A stretch of 64,000 nt of DNA from Bdellovibrionota bacterium (GCA_050950765.1 JBMNIF010000001.1:416001-480000), one strand, 5' to 3'; positions 51,515 through 61,703 are shown, counted from the first letter of the stretch. Made by a program: numbers and translations. Notes: generated by a model from the letters alone, not told the origin.

Positions 51515-54246
51515 AGTACATCCTCCATTATATCTGAAACAGCCTCTGCACTACTTGGTGCTTGCATGGTATCGTCAACAAATCTTTGCGGAACACTTTG
51601 GAATACTCGCATAGCTTTGGCACCATTAGGAGCTAATCTAATAGCCTCAGTAAATGCAGATAAAAATTCATTATCATACTTCTCTAACAGTTCGGCAAAG
51701 AGTTGGTTATCGTCTCCGTTATTCGTACTTGCCCAATAAAAAGCCGGTTCTATCGGAAGAACCAAAGCTCCTTCTCCGATATCGGACAAAAAGTAGAACT
51801 GACTTTCTAACCCGATTACAGTTCTCAAACGGAGGATAACGTTAGCTTGTTGCTCTGTAAGGTTAAAGGCTTCCGCTGTGTAGTGGAATTTACTGGGATC
51901 TTGCCGGAGGAAGATCTTATGTGCGCTGTTTTGAACGATAGCTTGTCCACCTGCGCCAACGTAAAAATCTTCGCCGGATTGTGATGCCGCAATAACGATA
52001 CCTTTCCTTTTACGATACAACCTAAAAGCAGTTTCAATCGTATTACCCGCTGTTTTTCCGATTAAATCATGAGCTTCATCAAATACCAATACTTTACGGG
52101 TATCAATTTCATTAACATCGTTCATGACGCTATCAGCCCAAAGCATAGCGATCTTTAGGAAAACACGTTGCAGATCGGGGTTGCGACTAAGGGCTTTTAA
52201 GTCAAAAACTATAAAGCGCTCCTTTAGGCTTAAAGATCCCGGCCTATCGAAGAATCGAGCATAAGTGCCTTCTCCGTAATAGTCTCCGACCAGAACTGCG
52301 ATTTTCTGTCTGCGTAAAGCATCGGGTTCATTTTCATTAACCTTTTTAGGAGCACGTAAAACGGCAACGATATCACTTAAGATAAACTCTCGACGCATCG
52401 GACCACTTCGGTAAATTCTATGAGCTTCAACCACAGAATCCATTACGGCAGCTCTATCAAGTCGATCTAACGCTGTATGCGCATCTGCCGCCATATCCAT
52501 AATAACATCTGCTGACATATCGATTAGATCTTTATAATCTTCGTTAGTAGTATCAGGTGGTGTTTCTCCCAAGCGTGCTAAAAAGTTCATAGCAGGAGCA
52601 CGTGACGGTGTTGCTTCATAAACTCGACCGCCGAACAATTTAGCAACTTTGTCAAATCCGCAAGGATGTCCTGGCATACCTTTATCAAAGACGAAGGTAA
52701 TCGGTGGTCTCTCTAAGATCCTGCCATCAGATCGGGTAGCGTAATGTCCACGCATCATAGTGATGATTAAGAAACAGAGTAGGTACGATTTTCCAGAACC
52801 GGAAACTCCACTAATTAAAAGGTTGGGAGCAAGGTTAGAGTCGTAAAGGTCGAAGCCGACAAGTTCTCTGTTCCACAAACTTGGTAGTACGATTAAAGGT
52901 GAAGGGCTCCCTTGCCAGTTACCCCAGACTGGGAAAAGTCTGACTGCTCGTGAAGAACGCATCGTTGTAGTCCAGCCTGAACCATCTGTGGTCGGATCAT
53001 AACAACCTGGAAGGCTGTTAATGATGACGGCTAGATCGGAGATTTTGTGTTCCATACCGCGCGCACCGTGCAGTTGCGGAAACGTTGCGATCGCTTCGGA
53101 GGCAGCACGAATAGCTTCCTCTCTAGTTTGGCAGATGAAAGTTTGATGTACCCCGACACGCACTATCTGCGAGGTGTTGTTGTAAAGTTCGTTACGAGCC
53201 GCTCTGATAGCACCGATCTGATGTTGAACTTTCTGATCGGATCTTCCGAAAAAGTTCATTTCACGTAGACCCAAAAGGGAATCAAGCCCATCAAGTCTCT
53301 GAATCTGCTTCTCTTGCGTATCTTTGGAATAAGTTACACTAAGAATATTCTCGTAGGCAGAAGATTGTAACGGCGTGATCATTAATGGCAAGCACTGTTT
53401 CGGAGGTTTTACCATTGAAACAGATCGAAAGTATCTACCATCTTTTTTAATGATGCCGTTTTCTGGATGCTCAGCGTGTGTCTCCGAAAGTTGGTTTGAA
53501 AGGTATTCATCTGGATCAAAAACAGGCACGGGGATGCTGGAAGTTCTACCACGTTTAAACTTTCCTGATTTCGTACTTCTACGATTTAATAACGGATAAA
53601 GAAGGTTGATTAGCCCTTGCCCATCAACGCGTGTCGGTGAAAATCCGATATCCCTTAATTTGATAGCGCTACCTTCAACTATTCCTCTGAACTTGTTAGC
53701 GTATTCAAGGTATTCAGAACGTCTTTCTGCAGCGGAGATACCGACCTTACCAGTGAAAAAAATCTTTAGAGTTTGAGTCATAGATGACAAGAAGCCAACA
53801 TCTTTCCAAGGTGGATCGTATCTAAAGCAGACTATTAAACGCATGGAGCGGGGGCGGCGTGCAAAGTTAGCACTGGTTGAGGTGCGGCGAATTGATCGGA
53901 TCCAACGTCTCGCCATCCAACCAGCGGCTCCACTTGTTGGAAAACGGTTCATGGAGTCACGCAAAACATTTCCGACATCAAAGGTGGTGACCCAAACCCA
54001 CTGTGCGCTGATGGTGTGATCTAAAGAATCCATCATCTCTTGAATGTTTTCACAGATCTGAAACGCTTCAACGTCAGAGATGGTACAGATCCATTTCGGC
54101 TGAAGTTCCCAAATAGACCAGATTGACGCATCCGCATGGACAAAAAGCTGCTGTTCTACATCCCATTTAGCAAAAGGTAGTAGAGAGTTGAAGAGCTTTT
54201 CATCCTTAAATAACCTCTCTCTTTGTAAGCGATTTATACCGCCCAT
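51511..54246 (-). CDS. traC: VirB4/TraC-like T4SS ATPase
   Basis: 911 aa; Walker A ISGVSGSGKS, FVFDKG, YARFFD, VFDLKAL, Walker B VFDEAH, RLYRK...ASQS. Confidence 0.88.
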   Translation of the reverse strand: MGGINRLQRERLFKDEKLFNSLLPFAKWDVEQQLFVHADASIWSIWELQPKWICTISDVEAFQICENIQEMMDSLDHTISAQWVWVTTFDVGNVLRDSMNRFPTSGAAGWMARRWIRSIRRTSTSANFARRPRSMRLIVCFRYDPPWKDVGFLSSMTQTLKIFFTGKVGISAAERRSEYLEYANKFRGIVEGSAIKLRDIGFSPTRVDGQGLINLLYPLLNRRSTKSGKFKRGRTSSIPVPVFDPDEYLSNQLSETHAEHPENGIIKKDGRYFRSVSMVKPPKQCLPLMITPLQSSAYENILSVTYSKDTQEKQIQRLDGLDSLLGLREMNFFGRSDQKVQHQIGAIRAARNELYNNTSQIVRVGVHQTFICQTREEAIRAASEAIATFPQLHGARGMEHKISDLAVIINSLPGCYDPTTDGSGWTTTMRSSRAVRLFPVWGNWQGSPSPLIVLPSLWNRELVGFDLYDSNLAPNLLISGVSGSGKSYLLCFLIITMMRGHYATRSDGRILERPPITFVFDKGMPGHPCGFDKVAKLFGGRVYEATPSRAPAMNFLARLGETPPDTTNEDYKDLIDMSADVIMDMAADAHTALDRLDRAAVMDSVVEAHRIYRSGPMRREFILSDIVAVLRAPKKVNENEPDALRRQKIAVLVGDYYGEGTYARFFDRPGSLSLKERFIVFDLKALSRNPDLQRVFLKIAMLWADSVMNDVNEIDTRKVLVFDEAHDLIGKTAGNTIETAFRLYRKRKGIVIAASQSGEDFYVGAGGQAIVQNSAHKIFLRQDPSKFHYTAEAFNLTEQQANVILRLRTVIGLESQFYFLSDIGEGALVLPIEPAFYWASTNNGDDNQLFAELLEKYDNEFLSAFTEAIRLAPNGAKAMRVFQSVPQRFVDDTMQAPSSAEAVSDIMEDVL

Positions 54247-54294
54247 GTTTTAATCTCCTCTGCAACCTGCAATAACCATAAGTTTCCTTTGCGG

Positions 54295-54798
54295 TTATTG
54301 CTTTATAACCTCATTAAGACTCGGCTCGACATCCCGTTTTGGTAAAAACCTTATCTCTTTATTTTGATGATCTAGCGCCACCTTTATATCGGCACTTTTT
54401 TCAATAGCAGTTGCTATCTCTGTAATAGTTCCGATAGTGGTCAGTGTAAGCTTTTTATCTGCTACAATACTTGAGCAGTAGGTGCGATACCGTGCCGTAG
54501 CTCCTAAAACCAATATAGCTTCACTTAAAGGAGCGTCCTTTACACTAAAATCTAAGATCGGCACAACCAGATCTGCCTTTGATGATTCAATACGACGATC
54601 TGGAGTCATTTCAGGTGGACGAACCCAACGTGTTGCACCGTAAACAGGTTGTGGCGGAAGTTGTCGTGTCGCCATTTTATAGGTGCGAGGCTTCTTTTTT
54701 GTATCCCACTGTGGACCTTCACGACTAGAGCAACCTGAAAATATCAGTGGCACAAGAAGTAAAGAGCTGAAGATGTATGAGTTCCGTATTAGTTTCAT
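54295..54798 (-). CDS. Lipoprotein with secretin-N0/DotD-like fold (tentative)
   Basis: Lipobox FSGC; FSVKDAPLSEAILVLG...Y...LTL...GTITEIA..I resembles STN/N0 domains. Confidence 0.55.
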   Translation of the reverse strand: MKLIRNSYIFSSLLLVPLIFSGCSSREGPQWDTKKKPRTYKMATRQLPPQPVYGATRWVRPPEMTPDRRIESSKADLVVPILDFSVKDAPLSEAILVLGATARYRTYCSSIVADKKLTLTTIGTITEIATAIEKSADIKVALDHQNKEIRFLPKRDVEPSLNEVIKQ

Positions 54799-54805
54799 TT
54801 ATATC

Positions 54806-55261
54806 CTATTTCTTAATATCCCCATCAAAAACGTAAGGAATATTACTTCCTCCTCCACCTCTCTTTAGTTGATTCTCAAGTTCAAAAGCATCCGTTACTG
54901 CCCATCTATCTTTTAAAACTTTTAAGTAATAATAGTGTGACGGGACTAAGTCACCGTGCTTATTTAGATGATCCGGAATCCACATTAAACGTACCACCGC
55001 TGGTTGGATGACGGGCTTGTCAGGACTGGGGGAGTTGGCACGTTGATAACTTGACATCTGCTCTAAGGCTTGTCTGGCGCTATCTTCCTTCATCCCACTA
55101 CCATTTAAGGCGTGATCATTAGCTTCGCCTTGTAGTGCAATTTTTGATGGTTCTTCATAAAACGGGTTTACTACCTTCCCCATGAATCCGCATCCACTAA
55201 GCGCTAACATTGCAAAAACTATTATACTTAAATTAATCTTGTTCATTGTTGTCAGCTCCAT
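54806..55261 (-). CDS. traV: TraV-like T4SS outer-membrane lipoprotein
   Basis: Lipobox LSGC; PAVVRLMWIPDHLNKHGDLVPSHYYYLKV....W matches the TraV motif. True start may be 55246. Confidence 0.8.
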   Translation of the reverse strand: MELTTMNKINLSIIVFAMLALSGCGFMGKVVNPFYEEPSKIALQGEANDHALNGSGMKEDSARQALEQMSSYQRANSPSPDKPVIQPAVVRLMWIPDHLNKHGDLVPSHYYYLKVLKDRWAVTDAFELENQLKRGGGGSNIPYVFDGDIKK

Positions 55262-55293
55262 ATAAAAACTATCAAATTGCTAAGCGACCTTAA

Positions 55294-56451
55294 TTAATCA
55301 AGGGAAACAAATACAGCCTCCTCTTCTCCTTCAGTTAAAGCATCATACAGTCCGTCTATGGTCTTGCTTGAAGAAAAAACTGCTGTTGCTGTACGACCGG
55401 AAAGCACTCTTACGTGCGGTACCATCATATCAGCGCGCTCTTCAATAAAATCAGCCCATTTTTCACCTGCTTTTTCAACACCTTTACCTGCACCGTATTC
55501 CCACAACTCACCCTCAACAATTCTGCTAACTCCGTAAGCGCTGGAATAGGTATTAACCTGCGACTCTGATAACCCTTCGCCAACACCCTCGACCGTGCCA
55601 GCCAAGAGAGAGCCAGCCATAGCTCGTCCGATAGGATCAATTAAGATCCCCTCCATTCCGGATAAACCATCTTCGCCAACAACCCAACCATCAACAGGAA
55701 CTATTTTGCGCGCACCGTTAGGTAGGCTTATATTAAGGGTGTGTAAACGGAAAAGTGCTCTTTGATCGGTGAGAGAACCTTGAGCGGCGGCTAGTAGACG
55801 TGCATTCCCAAGGGGAAGTGTTGTTCCATCAGGTCCAATCACATCATCAATCAACTCCATAACGACGGGGTAGGGGGTGCCATCAACAGGGGCATGCACA
55901 CCAGCTAGTAACTTGACTTTAACAGAATCTCCTGTGCCGATGACTGCTAAGCGTTGCTCTTTCGGGGGAGCGGGGATCTCAACTTCTGAGTTTTCAAGCT
56001 CTCCAAAAGATTCTAACCCCTCTGGAACTTGTTCAATAATCTCTTCACCTTCAATATCAACAGGTTGCTCCTGTTTTATGCTGGCGTTAGTAACGGTGTT
56101 TTCAAGATCTGCCATTTTTTCAAGCATCCGCTTCATAATCGCAGCAGTTTGCTCTTCATTTCTCGCTATCTTTTCACTCATCTCTTGGAGATTTTGAGCG
56201 TTCTTTTGCGCTTCGCTCTGTGCCTTATCTATCTTCTGACCGTAAGCGATCATAAAGTCGTTACGAGTTTCTTCATTGGCAGTAGCACCTGTGTCAACTA
56301 TGATATCAGGCTCTACGTGAATCCTCTGTTTTTTTGCATCACCAAAGATGCCCCAAACTAAGAAAATTACGATTACACACGCTATAACTTGTGTTTTTCG
56401 ATCTTCTCTTAGTTTTAAAATTAGATCATCGATACTTTGTCTAAGAGCCAT
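55294..56451 (-). CDS. traB: TraB/VirB10-like T4SS core protein
   Basis: TM plus coiled coil plus LLAGVHAP...PVVMEL...GSLTDQRALFRLHTL...VDGWVVGEDGLSGMEG. Confidence 0.85.
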   Translation of the reverse strand: MALRQSIDDLILKLREDRKTQVIACVIVIFLVWGIFGDAKKQRIHVEPDIIVDTGATANEETRNDFMIAYGQKIDKAQSEAQKNAQNLQEMSEKIARNEEQTAAIMKRMLEKMADLENTVTNASIKQEQPVDIEGEEIIEQVPEGLESFGELENSEVEIPAPPKEQRLAVIGTGDSVKVKLLAGVHAPVDGTPYPVVMELIDDVIGPDGTTLPLGNARLLAAAQGSLTDQRALFRLHTLNISLPNGARKIVPVDGWVVGEDGLSGMEGILIDPIGRAMAGSLLAGTVEGVGEGLSESQVNTYSSAYGVSRIVEGELWEYGAGKGVEKAGEKWADFIEERADMMVPHVRVLSGRTATAVFSSSKTIDGLYDALTEGEEEAVFVSLD

Positions 56452-56471
56452 TTTACAACCTCCTACCTTGA

Positions 56472-57269
56472 TTACCTGTAACTTTTTGCTTTTGTGACCA
56501 CATAAACTTTAGTCTTATCTTTTCTGGCGACCTCTTGTTCTATCGTTAGTGGTCGTGGGGCTAGTTCCCACTTCTCAGCAGAGATGGCACGAGTTCCATC
56601 AAGTCTGAAAGTAGCGGGATTAAGTTTCTGACTCTGATCCAATAAATTTTCAGCATCGATAACGTAACCCCATAAATTAGGCCCAATAAAGATCTTGTCG
56701 ACAGTCGCTCTTATGGCACCATCGTGTAGAACCGATTCTCCTTTAAATCTGTTGCTGACTCTGTAACCAGGGATCCCCTTTTTCCCAAACTCAGCAACGA
56801 GGATCATCTCTCTAACAAAACCGCTCACTGTTGAAGAAGGAGCGTATTCAAATTTCCCCTCTTCGTAGTCTTTTAACTCTTCCTCTTCATTGATGGTATT
56901 ATCACGACGATCTTCAATCTTTATTACATCATCACGGGGGTTTTCTTGGTTTGCTAAACGTACCCTAATAGAATAAGAACGCCCATCGTCGAGTCTAACG
57001 ATGATGGCCTCTCCTTTTACGTTAAGACCTTCTGTGGCAAAAACTATTAAATCTGTATCTTTTCTATCGAGGTGCAGATTTGAAAGCTGCTTCTTATAGC
57101 CACCTTTGATAATGCCAGGGAATTGAATCTGCGTCGGCTCTCCAGGGGTAACGTTAATCGTTACCTCAGAATCACTATATTCTACGTCACGTGCTGAAGC
57201 TGTATTGACCAGCAAAAAGGCTCCAACTATACCGATTAAAAAGCCACTGGTTATTGTTGAATATTTCAT
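56472..57269 (-). CDS. traK: TraK/VirB9-like T4SS core protein
   Basis: Signal peptide; EPTQIQFP; C-terminal ENLL.QSQKLNPATF....AIS....ELAP...TKVYVV. Start placed at the ATG after GGAG (ORF track gives 57314). Confidence 0.78.
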   Translation of the reverse strand: MKYSTITSGFLIGIVGAFLLVNTASARDVEYSDSEVTINVTPGEPTQIQFPGIIKGGYKKQLSNLHLDRKDTDLIVFATEGLNVKGEAIIVRLDDGRSYSIRVRLANQENPRDDVIKIEDRRDNTINEEEELKDYEEGKFEYAPSSTVSGFVREMILVAEFGKKGIPGYRVSNRFKGESVLHDGAIRATVDKIFIGPNLWGYVIDAENLLDQSQKLNPATFRLDGTRAISAEKWELAPRPLTIEQEVARKDKTKVYVVTKAKSYR

Positions 57270-57291
57270 TGTCATCTCCACACTTTTATAA

Positions 57292-57964
57292 TTATTCAGG
57301 TGACCCTGTTTCAATGTTTACAATCATAATTCCATAATCGTTATACTTAACGTTTCTAGGGAATGTTTTCATTGTGATGTAATATTGCATAGTATCTGGG
57401 GGTAGTGGTTCTCCACCTATCGTTTTATGACGTTCCCCAACCGTCCTCATCTTTACAAGACCACTTTTTTCTTCTCTAGTAATGGTAGTTTTAGTCGGGT
57501 CTATATAATAAACTTGAGTTCTGCTAGTCTGTTTAATGGCTTCAAGATCTTTTCCTAAAACTTCCTCTTCAAACATACTTAATACAGGGGGCTCAAGCAT
57601 TTCAGCTGCGGCTAAAAACTGTTTTTCAGCTACGTAAGGTTGATAAGTGGCTACTAAATTGATGAATTGCTCTCCAACTGTTAAAAACTCACTATCTTGT
57701 ATTTCATCAGCAGAATAATGCCCAGGAAGTGGTCTAGCCGGTACATTTAAGTTTATTACTCTATTTGACCACATCGTGATGGCGAAGATTAGAGCGATAA
57801 CTGTGGCAGGGATCTGAAGGAGTGCCATAGCACGCCAAAGTAAAGCTTGCTCCCTATAATTTTCCCACAACCTAAGGGTGTCGTTATCTTTTTTTGATTC
57901 GCGAAATCGCGAATCATTGATCAACCTTTTTTGCCGCTTCTGTTATAGGTTTTTTGTCATTCAT
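57292..57964 (-). CDS. traE: TraE-like bitopic T4SS protein; 5' end apparently frameshifted in an A6 tract
   Basis: TM, then SEFL..GEQFINLVATYQPYVAEKQF; lies between the traL- and traK-like genes. RBS-bearing ATG at 57964 is out of frame with ORF 57292..57924. Confidence 0.65.
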
Positions 57965-58023
57965 CTAAAATCCTTATCTAAATCCTAATTATTACAAAAC
58001 ATCTTCCTGTTCCGTTACGCTCC

Positions 58024-58449
58024 TCAAAAGTAATACTTCTCCGCTTCACTGAACCTTGATTCATTGACAAAAACTTTATCCAATTGCAGTTGTAAATATT
58101 TGCAATCTTTTTTCACATCTTCCAGCTCTTGATAAGGAGCGCCGCTCCAAACCGGTTGCAACTTAGCTGGTGGTGGTATATCAACTGGTGTAAAGCCAAG
58201 AATCGACATCACATGATTTCTAAGACCACGTTCTTGGTCGGGATATATCTGGCGCAGTCTGGCTAATGTAATGGGAAATCCAACCAGAACTATAATGATA
58301 AGAGGCATATAACGTCCCCAATTATTTTTCGGAAGGAATAATTCAACAAATAACATTGCAAATATTAATCCTGAAGCCCACTCCATCGGTTTTGCACCGA
58401 AGAAGGTCCAATCTTCATTTAGTCTTGGAATAACCTGTCCATCATCCAT
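58024..58449 (-). CDS. traL: TraL/VirB3-like membrane protein
   Basis: IPRLNEDWTFFG...EW, two TMs, first position in the L-E-K-B-V-C order. Confidence 0.6.
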   Translation of the reverse strand: MDDGQVIPRLNEDWTFFGAKPMEWASGLIFAMLFVELFLPKNNWGRYMPLIIIVLVGFPITLARLRQIYPDQERGLRNHVMSILGFTPVDIPPPAKLQPVWSGAPYQELEDVKKDCKYLQLQLDKVFVNESRFSEAEKYYF

Positions 58450-58499
58450 ATCTAAGCTACGCCTAAAAAATAATTACCCTAAACAGTTATCTACAAACG

Positions 58500-59171
58500 T
58501 TATCTGATTGCTCCATTCAAAAGACGGGAATCAGGAGTATAGGTGGTTCCTGTTTCACTTTCTCTCGGTTTAGGAGCTAGAATTCTATTTAAGTCTTCTG
58601 CACGGTCTAAAATGCTGTTGCGCCAAGCACTTATATCCACAAGGATTTGAGGGTTGGCGAGACGAACACCTAAATCAAACTCTCTAACTGCTGTAAGTAG
58701 TAGATTCCTCGCCTGTGCATAATGTTTTATCCCGACCTTTAAGGTTTTCCCTTTTACCTCAGTGATGGGAGCGCCGATCTTTGTTAACTCTTTCGGCTTT
58801 AGGTATTCTTCATTGATAAAGCGTGGTGCTGCCACAAAATCAACTCCTTGTTGATTGGCTTGTGGTTGTGGATCTAAGATCCTTTCCAGATCTTCTGCAC
58901 GATCTAGTAAAGTGTTGCGCCATTGCTGAATATCTAAAAGTAGTTGTGGATCTACGAATTTCACGCCGAGATCAAACTCTTGGACGGCCTTTATAATAAA
59001 ATGTCTGGTACGTGCATAATGTCCGGAAGCAGCTGCCAATGACCTGACATCCGCACCTTCTTCCGAAACTTCTATAGGCTGGTTTTCTTCTTGAGCATTA
59101 ACAGGAAGAGAAAAAAAAGGTACGAATAAAAATGTAACGGCAACAACAACGCTCGATTTTAAAAAAACCAT
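58500..59171 (-). CDS. Secreted protein with a duplicated ~60-aa domain; first gene of the T4SS-like operon
   Basis: HYARTRHFIIKAVQEFDLG...WRNTLLDRAEDLERILDP versus HYAQARNLLLTAVREFDLG...WRNSILDRAEDLNRILAP. Confidence 0.8.
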   Translation of the reverse strand: MVFLKSSVVVAVTFLFVPFFSLPVNAQEENQPIEVSEEGADVRSLAAASGHYARTRHFIIKAVQEFDLGVKFVDPQLLLDIQQWRNTLLDRAEDLERILDPQPQANQQGVDFVAAPRFINEEYLKPKELTKIGAPITEVKGKTLKVGIKHYAQARNLLLTAVREFDLGVRLANPQILVDISAWRNSILDRAEDLNRILAPKPRESETGTTYTPDSRLLNGAIR

Positions 59172-59439
59172 TTTTATACCCTTAAACGAATTTAAAATTG
59201 TTACAACTAGCGGCTATTATTTATAATAACTGAGCGAATAAATTAACTTTTTACGGAAATAAAAAGAAATACCCCCAGTTTCACCATAATATCCGAGCCA
59301 TCTCTTATCTTGATCCACTTTTAAGGATCTATAATGCTAAATAAAACTATCTGCATAGACAGCTATCGACAGATTTAAGGTGAGAACTTTATGCTTTCTA
59401 TCGATAATTTGTTAGTTTTTGAAAAAGTAGAGGTTTTTC

Positions 59440-61163
59440 CTAGCCTTCCAATTAGGACACCCACTTTTAACCTCCGTGCAGATCTAACTAGTCCTGTCTT
59501 CAGTTGCAGCCCGTTCTGCTGTCCCTAGTGGGTGGTGGTAAATTCCCCCCGTCTAGATCTAGCTGACTCGTTTTGTAGCATCAGCCCGTTCGATCGTCCT
59601 TAGAGGGTGCTGCCTTTTACCTCCGTAAAAACCTAGCCAGTTCGTTTTGCAGTATAGCCTCCAATTAGGACACCCACTTTTACTGGTGGGTGGCACCAAA
59701 TTCCAAACCTTAAGATTTTTGCTAACATCCTGATATCATTGGTAGCCCTGAAGGGTGGCACCAAATTTTTAACCTTCGTCCAGATCTAACCTCCAATTAG
59801 GACACCCACCTTTTACCTCCGTCCAGATCTAGCCTTCCAATTAGGACACCCACCCTTAGCTGAAGGGTGGCACCAGATTTTTCCGTGCAGATCTAACTAG
59901 TCCTGTCTTCAGTTGCAGCCCGTTCTGCTGTCCCTAGTGGGTGGTGGTAAATTCCCCCCGTCTAGATCTAGCTGACTCGTTTTGTAGCATCAGCCCGTTC
60001 GATCGTCCTTAGAGGGTGCTGCCTTTTACCTCCGTAAAAACCTAGCCAGTTCGTTTTGCAGTATAGCCTCCAATTAGGACACCCACTTTTACTGGTGGGT
60101 GGCACCAAATTCCAAACCTTAAGATTTTTGCTAACATCCTGATATCATTGGTAGCCCTGAAGGGTGGCACCAAATTTTTAACGCCTTAAGATTTTTGCTA
60201 ACATCCTGATATCATTGGTAGCCCTGAAGGGTGGCACCAGATTTTTAACCTACGTCCAGATCTAGCCTTCCAATTAGGACACCCACCCTTAGCTGGTGGG
60301 TGGCACCAAAACTGCCAATCCAAATGCTAGCCAAACGAGCTGCAAATCTGAAGGGTGGCACCAAAACTGCCAATTCTGGGCTTTTGCTAACATCTTGATA
60401 TTGTTAGCTATTGTAGTTTTAGAGTTTGGGTGTCCTATTTGTGAAGCGTCCTTGCCTGCTGTCCGTTACTGAAGGGTGGCACCAGTGACAGCCCCAAACA
60501 AAGAAGGGTGGCACCAGATTTTTAACCGTGCAGATCTAACTAGTCCTGTCTTCAGTTGCAGCCCGTTCTGCTGTCCCTAGTGGGTGGTGGTAAATTCCCC
60601 CCGTCTAGATCTAGCTGACTCGTTTTGTAGCATCAGCCCGTTCGATCGTCCTTAGAGGGTGCTGCCTTTTACCTCCGTAAAAACCTAGCCAGTTCGTTTT
60701 GCAGTATAGCCTCCAATTAGGACACCCACTTTTACTGGTGGGTGGCACCAAATTCCAAACCTTAAGATTTTTGCTAACATCCTGATATCATTGGTAGCCC
60801 TGAAGGGTGGCACCAAATTTTTAACCTTCGTCCAGATCTAACCTCCAATTAGGACACCCACCCTTAGCTGAAGGGTGGCACCAGATTTTTAACCTCCTGC
60901 TGTCCGTTACTGGTGGGTGGCACCAAAACTGCCAATTCTGGGTTTTTGCTAACATCTTGATATTGTTAGCTATTGTAGTTTTAGAGTTTGGGTGTCCTAT
61001 TTGTGAAGCGTCCTTGCCTGCTGTCCGTTACTGAAGGGTGGCACCAGTGACAGCCCCAAACAAAGAAGGGTGGCACCAAATTTTTAACCTCCGTAGAAAC
61101 CTAACCGATCCGCTCTGCAGTTGCAGCCCGTTCTGCCGTCCCTGAAGGGTGGCACCAGATTTT
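59440..61163. repeat. Mosaic REP-like array 3 with three apparently identical ~300-bp blocks
   Basis: About 17 GGGTGGCACC (plus strand) and GGACACCC/GGGTGTCC copies; a block starting CCGTGCAGATCTAACTAG occurs at 59474, 59883 and 60526. Confidence 0.9.
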
Positions 61164-61295
61164 GGGGAATCGCAAGGGTTTTTATAGAACGATGTTTTCT
61201 TTGTGGTGTTGTAGGTAGAGTTGCAGCCAAAGAGGCATCCTGCAAGAAAAGACCTTGCAAGACCTCCTTCTATGATATTTTTATATAAAAAACAG

Positions 61296-61703
61296 TTACT
61301 TAAGAAGTCGAATAGCTTCGCGGCACAGTTGTTCAAAGCGGATCGGCTTGTTAATAAAGGCATCGGCCTTTATCCAGCGCCGCTCTTCGATAGTTGAGGC
61401 ATCAAAGTGAAGAGCTGTTTTGTTATTAACATCGGAAACTATAATGATAGGGAGATCTGGTGCCTGTTTTTTAATAGTATAGCAGAGTGTAAACCCTTTA
61501 TCCTCAGTCTCTAACATCACCTCCGTTACAACTAAATCCGGTTTAGCACCATTAAAGGCTTTTTCTGCCTCCGCAGCACTAGAAGCGGTTATGACGTGAG
61601 CTCCAACTTTTTCAAAAGCTTCTTTTCCAGAGGCTACAAATTGAGTGTCTTTATCAACAAGTAAGATGTTTTTCCCTGATAATTTAGAACATGCGCAGCT
61701 CAT
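61296..61703 (-). CDS. Single-domain response regulator receiver with Glu at the phosphoacceptor position
   Basis: ILLVDKD, PDLVVTEVML, PIIIVS, FINKP. Confidence 0.85.
   Translation of the reverse strand: MSCACSKLSGKNILLVDKDTQFVASGKEAFEKVGAHVITASSAAEAEKAFNGAKPDLVVTEVMLETEDKGFTLCYTIKKQAPDLPIIIVSDVNNKTALHFDASTIEERRWIKADAFINKPIRFEQLCREAIRLLK

Noticed and set aside
57926..57932. Programmed -1 frameshift at A AAA AAG in the traE-like gene
   Set aside because: Restoring the ORF requires a +1 shift, not -1.
59363..59391. Sigma28 promoter for the T4SS-like operon (TAAAGTTC...GTCGATAG, minus strand)
   Set aside because: Spacer is 13 nt instead of 11; suggestive but not supportable.
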